From an uncultured virus (IMG/VR IMGVR_UViG_3300026198_000079) (lineage: Duplodnaviria; Heunggongvirae; Uroviricota; Caudoviricetes): a stretch of DNA of 20,000 nt. Below are positions 16,251-20,000 of this stretch, piece after piece (the first letter of the stretch is position 1; each line of letters starts with the position of its first letter). The notes beneath the pieces were generated by a model that did not search any database, had not been told where the DNA came from, and worked only from the letters and a program-made list of their open reading frames with translations. The stretch lies in the IMG/VR virus record IMGVR_UViG_3300026198_000079. The stretch is one strand, 5' to 3'. The position numbers and the translations under genes are program-made.

Positions 16251-17036
16251 ATGCAAGACAACTTCACTTCTGGTCACGGTGGCCAGAACATTACCCCGGA
16301 GGGCCTGTACCTGATGGATGGGATCGAGGGACTGCGCTCCTTGCCCCGTCATTCTGTGGATATGCTTTTGACCGATCCGCCCTACGGCACGACCCGGAAT
16401 TATTGGGATGTTCCCTTGCCCCTGCCGGAGCTGTGGGAGGCGGTGCGCTGGGCGGTGAAGCCCGAGGGCGCGGTGCTTCTGTTTGCCCAATGTCCCTATG
16501 ACAAGGTGCTGGGCGCGTCCAACCTCCCCATGCTCCGCTATGAGTGGGTGTGGTACAAGAGCCGATGCACCGGGTTTCTCAACGCCCGCCGCGCTCCGCT
16601 GAAAAAGACGGAGAACATTCTGGTGTTCTATCAGAAGTCCCCGGCTTACTACCCACAATTTGAGCAGGGAGAGCCGTACAAGAAAATCCACCCCCGCAGC
16701 GGTCACAGTCCCAATTATGGAGCCTTTGAACGTATCAGCGGCGAGTCGGACGGGCGGCGGTTCCCCGGCAATGTGCTGGCGTTCCCCACGGTGGCGAATA
16801 CCGTTCATCCCACGCAGAAGCCCGTGGAGCTGTGCGAATATCTCATTAAAACCTACACCCGCGAGGGACAGGTGGTAGCGGATATTTGTGCCGGGAGCGG
16901 CACAACGGCCATCGCCGCTCTGAACACGGGCCGTCGCTTTATCGGTTTTGAGAACGCCCCGGCCTTTTACGGCCCGGCGGCTGAACGTATCCAGCGGGCG
17001 CGGGAGGCCGTTGCCCGCGGCGAGAAAGGAGTGTAA
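16251..17036 (+). CDS. Orphan N6A/N4C DNA methyltransferase (beta class)
   Basis: TDPPYG precedes HPTQKP and DICAGSGTT; no restriction nuclease adjacent. Confidence 0.9.
   Translation: MQDNFTSGHGGQNITPEGLYLMDGIEGLRSLPRHSVDMLLTDPPYGTTRNYWDVPLPLPELWEAVRWAVKPEGAVLLFAQCPYDKVLGASNLPMLRYEWVWYKSRCTGFLNARRAPLKKTENILVFYQKSPAYYPQFEQGEPYKKIHPRSGHSPNYGAFERISGESDGRRFPGNVLAFPTVANTVHPTQKPVELCEYLIKTYTREGQVVADICAGSGTTAIAALNTGRRFIGFENAPAFYGPAAERIQRAREAVARGEKGV
16268..16288 (+). repeat. Palindrome copy 4 (within the first codons of the MTase)
   Basis: TTCTGGTCACGGTGGCCAGAA. Confidence 0.9.
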
Positions 17037-17038
17037 TC

Positions 17039-17626
17039 ATCGGAAGATATTCTATCATCTACGCCGATCCCCCTTGGCGGTATTCCCAAAAGGGCTTGCA
17101 GGGGGCGGCGGAGCACCATTACCCCACAATGGGGATTGACGATCTGTGCGCGTTACCCGTGGCCGAGCTTGCGGCCCCGGACAGCGCACTCTTTTTATGG
17201 GCTACGTTCCCCCAGCTCCCGGAGGCCCTGCGGCTGATCCGCGAGTGGGGCTTCACCTACAAGAGCGTCGCTTTCGTCTGGCTGAAGAAAAACCGCAAAG
17301 CGGATAGCTGGTTTTACGGGCTGGGCTTTTGGACGAGGGGCAATGCCGAGGTCTGCCTGCTGGCAACCAAGGGCCACCCCAAACGTCAGGCGGCAAACGT
17401 CCACCAGTTCATTATTTCCCCCATCGAGGCCCACAGCAAAAAGCCCGACGAAGCCCGCGACAAGATCGTGGCCCTCATGGGTGATCTGCCCCGTGTGGAG
17501 CTGTTCGCAAGGCAGACCCCGCCCGGATGGGACGTATGGGGCAACGAGGTGGAGTCCACGGTTCCCGGCTTCTGGTCACGGTGGCCAGAGGATGGCGGAA
17601 AGGAGGACGAGTCATGCCGTATGTGA
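17039..17626 (+). CDS. MT-A70 family adenine methyltransferase, probable ATC start
   Basis: Frame reads IGRYSIIYADPPWRY...HYPTM...LFLWATFP...WTRGNAEVCLL...HSKKP...VELFAR. The DPPW motif lies upstream of the first canonical start (17096). RBS AAAGGAG. Confidence 0.88.
   Translation: MGRYSIIYADPPWRYSQKGLQGAAEHHYPTMGIDDLCALPVAELAAPDSALFLWATFPQLPEALRLIREWGFTYKSVAFVWLKKNRKADSWFYGLGFWTRGNAEVCLLATKGHPKRQAANVHQFIISPIEAHSKKPDEARDKIVALMGDLPRVELFARQTPPGWDVWGNEVESTVPGFWSRWPEDGGKEDESCRM
17569..17591 (+). repeat. Palindrome copy 5 (within the last codons of MT-A70)
   Basis: CTTCTGGTCACGGTGGCCAGAGG. Confidence 0.9.
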
Positions 17627-17994
17627 ACGTCCCTAACGATCTGTCCAAGATCAAGACGAAAATCGCCTTTAACCTCACCAAGCGCCAGTTGATCTGTTTC
17701 GGCGGCGCGGCGGTGGTGGGCATCCCTGTGTATCTGCTGACCCGCAGCACACTTGGAAATACCGGGTCGATGTTCCTGATGATCGCGCTCATGCTCCCGG
17801 CCTTTTTCATGGCGATGTATGAGCGGGACGGCCTGCCTTTTGAAAAGGTGGTGCGGAACATCCTCCGGGCCAAGTTCACCCGCCCCGGCGTGAGGCCCTA
17901 TCAGACGCAGAACATTTACGCCCCATTTGCGGGAAAGGAGGATGCTTTTGACCAGAAGCCCCAAGAAAAGAAAAAGCCTGATTCGGGCCGGTAA
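17614..17994 (+). CDS. prgI: PrgI-family (VirB3-like) protein
   Basis: RBS AAGGAGG; MPYVNVPNDLSKIKTKIAFNLTKRQLICF, two TM segments, YERDGLPFEK, RPYQTQN. Confidence 0.88.
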   Translation: MPYVNVPNDLSKIKTKIAFNLTKRQLICFGGAAVVGIPVYLLTRSTLGNTGSMFLMIALMLPAFFMAMYERDGLPFEKVVRNILRAKFTRPGVRPYQTQNIYAPFAGKEDAFDQKPQEKKKPDSGR

Positions 17995-20000
17995 TCGCCC
18001 GGCCACCATATCAGCCCAGCAGACCGTCCCCTATGTGCGGATGCTCCCGGACGGCATTTGTCAGCTCCCCAACGGTCTGTTCACAAAAACCGTGGAATAC
18101 GAGGACATCAATTACTCCGTGGCTTCGGCGGAGGATCAGACGGCCATCTTCGGGGGCTGGAGTTCGTTCCTCAACTACTTTGACAGCTCCTTGCCGTTCC
18201 AGCTCTCCTTTATCAATCGCCGCTCCCGCTCCGGGGGCCGCTATAAGGTGAATATCCAGCCCGCCGAGGACGAGTACAACAGCGTCCGGGCCGAGTTCAC
18301 CGGGATGCTGAAAAACCAGATTGCCAAAAGCAACAACGGTATTGAGCGATCCAAGTACATCACTTTCGGTATCCCCGCTGAGAACGTGGCCGCCGCCCGC
18401 CCCCGGCTGGAGCGTGTGGAGGCCGATGTTATGGGCAACTTTAAGCGGCTGGGGGTGCAGTCCCAGCCCCTCGACGGACGGGAGCGTCTGGCCCTGCTCC
18501 ACGGTCAGCTCCACCCCAGCAGCCGGGAGCCGTTCCGCTTCAAGTGGGCCGACATCGCCCATACCGGGCTGGGGACGAAAGATTTTATCGTCCCGGACAG
18601 CTTCGACTTCCGACAGTCCCGGCTGTTCCGCGTGGGCCAGACGTGGGGCGCGGCGTCCTACTTGCAGATCATGGCGTCGGAAATGTCGGACAAGCTCCTG
18701 TTAGAGATTTTGGAATTGGACGCAGAGCTGACCGTCACCATGCACATTCAGACGGTGGATCAGGTCAAGGCCATTAAGACGGTCAAGGGCAAAATCTCCG
18801 ACATCGACAAAATGAAGGTGGAGGAACAGCGCAAGGCCACCCGCGCTGGGTACGATCCCGATATTCTCCCGCCAGACCTCGTTACCTTTTCCAAGGACGC
18901 GGCAGACCTGCTGGCCGAGCTCCAGTCCCGAAATGAGCGAATGTTCCTCCTGACGTTCCTGATCGTCAACACCGCCCCCACGCGGGAGCGGTTGGAAAAC
19001 GATATTTTCACGGTGGGCGGCATCGCGCAGAAGTATAACTGTGCTTTGAAGCGGCTGGACTGGCAGCAGGAGCAGGGCTATATGTCCTCGCTGGCGCTGG
19101 GCTATAACGGCGTTGAAATCCAGCGGGGCATGACCACCAGCTCCACGGCCATCTTTATTCCCTTTATGACGCGGGAGCTTCGCATGGATGGGCCATCCCT
19201 CTATTACGGCATGAACGCCCTTTCCCATAACGTCATCATGGCTGACCGCAAAAAACTGAAATCCGCCAACGGAATGTACCTCGGCTCGACGGGTAGTGGT
19301 AAGAGCTTCGCCGCCAAGCGGGAGCTGCTCAATGTGTTTCTGACAATTCCGCAGGATCGGATTCTGGTGGTAGATCCGATGGGAGAATATGCCCCGCTGG
19401 TGCGGCGGCTGGGCGGTCAGGTGATCGAGATTGCCCCGGACAGCCCGAACCACATTTCCCCGATGGATCTGCAAATGAGCGTCAACGACGAGGACAGCCC
19501 CCTTTCCATGAAAGCGGACTTCCTGCTGTCCCTGTGCGAGCTGATCGTGGGCGGCAAGGAGGGCTTGCAGCCCATTGAGAAAACCGTGATTGACCGCTGT
19601 GTGCGTCAGGTGTACCGGGAGATCGCGCTGGGGCTGGAAACGGCCAAGCCGCCCCTGCTCCAAGATTTGTACGAGGAGCTGCTGAAACAGCCCGAACCCG
19701 AGGCCAAGCGGATCGCCACGGCATTGGAGCTTTACTGCACAGGCTCCCTCAACCTGTTCAATCACCCCACCAACGTCAACCTCAATTCCCGCGTGGTGTG
19801 CTTCGTGCTGAAAGGCATGGGTGAAAACCTCCGCAAGATCGCCATGCACATCACCAACGATTTTGTCACTTCGGCGGTCAATGCCAACTACAAAAACGGC
19901 GTTTCGACGTGGTGCTACTTCGACGAGTTCCATATTCTTCTGCGCGATCCGCTGACCGCCAGCTACTTCGTGGCCGTCTGGAAGATGCTTCGCAAAAAGG
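17948..20000 (+). CDS. virB4: VirB4-like conjugal transfer ATPase (partial, runs off the window)
   Basis: TTG start after AAGGAGG. SAQQTVPY..PDGIC, Walker A GSTGSGKS at 19283 and YFDEFH at 19916 are all in the same frame. Confidence 0.9.
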   Translation, partial: MTRSPKKRKSLIRAGNRPATISAQQTVPYVRMLPDGICQLPNGLFTKTVEYEDINYSVASAEDQTAIFGGWSSFLNYFDSSLPFQLSFINRRSRSGGRYKVNIQPAEDEYNSVRAEFTGMLKNQIAKSNNGIERSKYITFGIPAENVAAARPRLERVEADVMGNFKRLGVQSQPLDGRERLALLHGQLHPSSREPFRFKWADIAHTGLGTKDFIVPDSFDFRQSRLFRVGQTWGAASYLQIMASEMSDKLLLEILELDAELTVTMHIQTVDQVKAIKTVKGKISDIDKMKVEEQRKATRAGYDPDILPPDLVTFSKDAADLLAELQSRNERMFLLTFLIVNTAPTRERLENDIFTVGGIAQKYNCALKRLDWQQEQGYMSSLALGYNGVEIQRGMTTSSTAIFIPFMTRELRMDGPSLYYGMNALSHNVIMADRKKLKSANGMYLGSTGSGKSFAAKRELLNVFLTIPQDRILVVDPMGEYAPLVRRLGGQVIEIAPDSPNHISPMDLQMSVNDEDSPLSMKADFLLSLCELIVGGKEGLQPIEKTVIDRCVRQVYREIALGLETAKPPLLQDLYEELLKQPEPEAKRIATALELYCTGSLNLFNHPTNVNLNSRVVCFVLKGMGENLRKIAMHITNDFVTSAVNANYKNGVSTWCYFDEFHILLRDPLTASYFVAVWKMLRKK

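Larger units (their letters stand above)
9378..20000 (+). mobile_element. Integrative conjugative element (Clostridia type), left part; boundary approximate and continues beyond the window
   Basis: Co-oriented parB-ardA-pcfB-virD4-maff2-virB6-MTases-prgI-virB4 and a shift to higher GC. Confidence 0.85.

Noticed and set aside
11036..17591. CRISPR array or integron attC array from the palindromic repeats
   Set aside because: Copies are 1.3-2.5 kb apart and separated by core genes, with no cas or integron integrase. The Cas4-like DUF2800 gene belongs to a phage-type module.
16251..17626. Complete restriction-modification system
   Set aside because: No endonuclease or specificity subunit adjacent; both genes are embedded in the tra operon.
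18701..19933. 410-aa minus-strand ORF
   Set aside because: Antisense to virB4, which is missing from the ORF track only because it runs off the window.

Overview
Mosaic of mobile DNA with Firmicutes/Clostridia-like gene content. (1) 1-2349, minus strand: start of a phage-like module (DUF2800 nuclease-like gene, two small ORFs, sigma-70 region-4/ECF-like factor). A 37-bp direct repeat flanks the sigma gene and a long hairpin lies in its leader. (2) 2892-8769, plus strand: a divergent ABC-three-component (Lamassu-like) defence operon with an effector carrying a degenerate HNH, a small middle component and a DUF2326-type SMC-like ATPase, followed by an XRE HTH gene. The ATPase is split just before its Walker A motif by a complete 2519-bp IS21-family element (GATGG target duplication). 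(3) 8900-9420: scar holding the 3' half of an IS200-type tnpA and a probable tyrosine-recombinase fragment. (4) ~9400-20000: left part of a conjugative element (ParB, DUF4406-like, ArdA, PcfB, VirD4, Maff2, VirB6, two orphan methyltransferases, PrgI, VirB4). It contains three covarying ~107-nt structured repeats, five copies of a 19-23-bp palindrome at module borders, a Frpo-like hairpin and two probable ATC start codons. Family assignments come from motif recognition by eye, not database searches.
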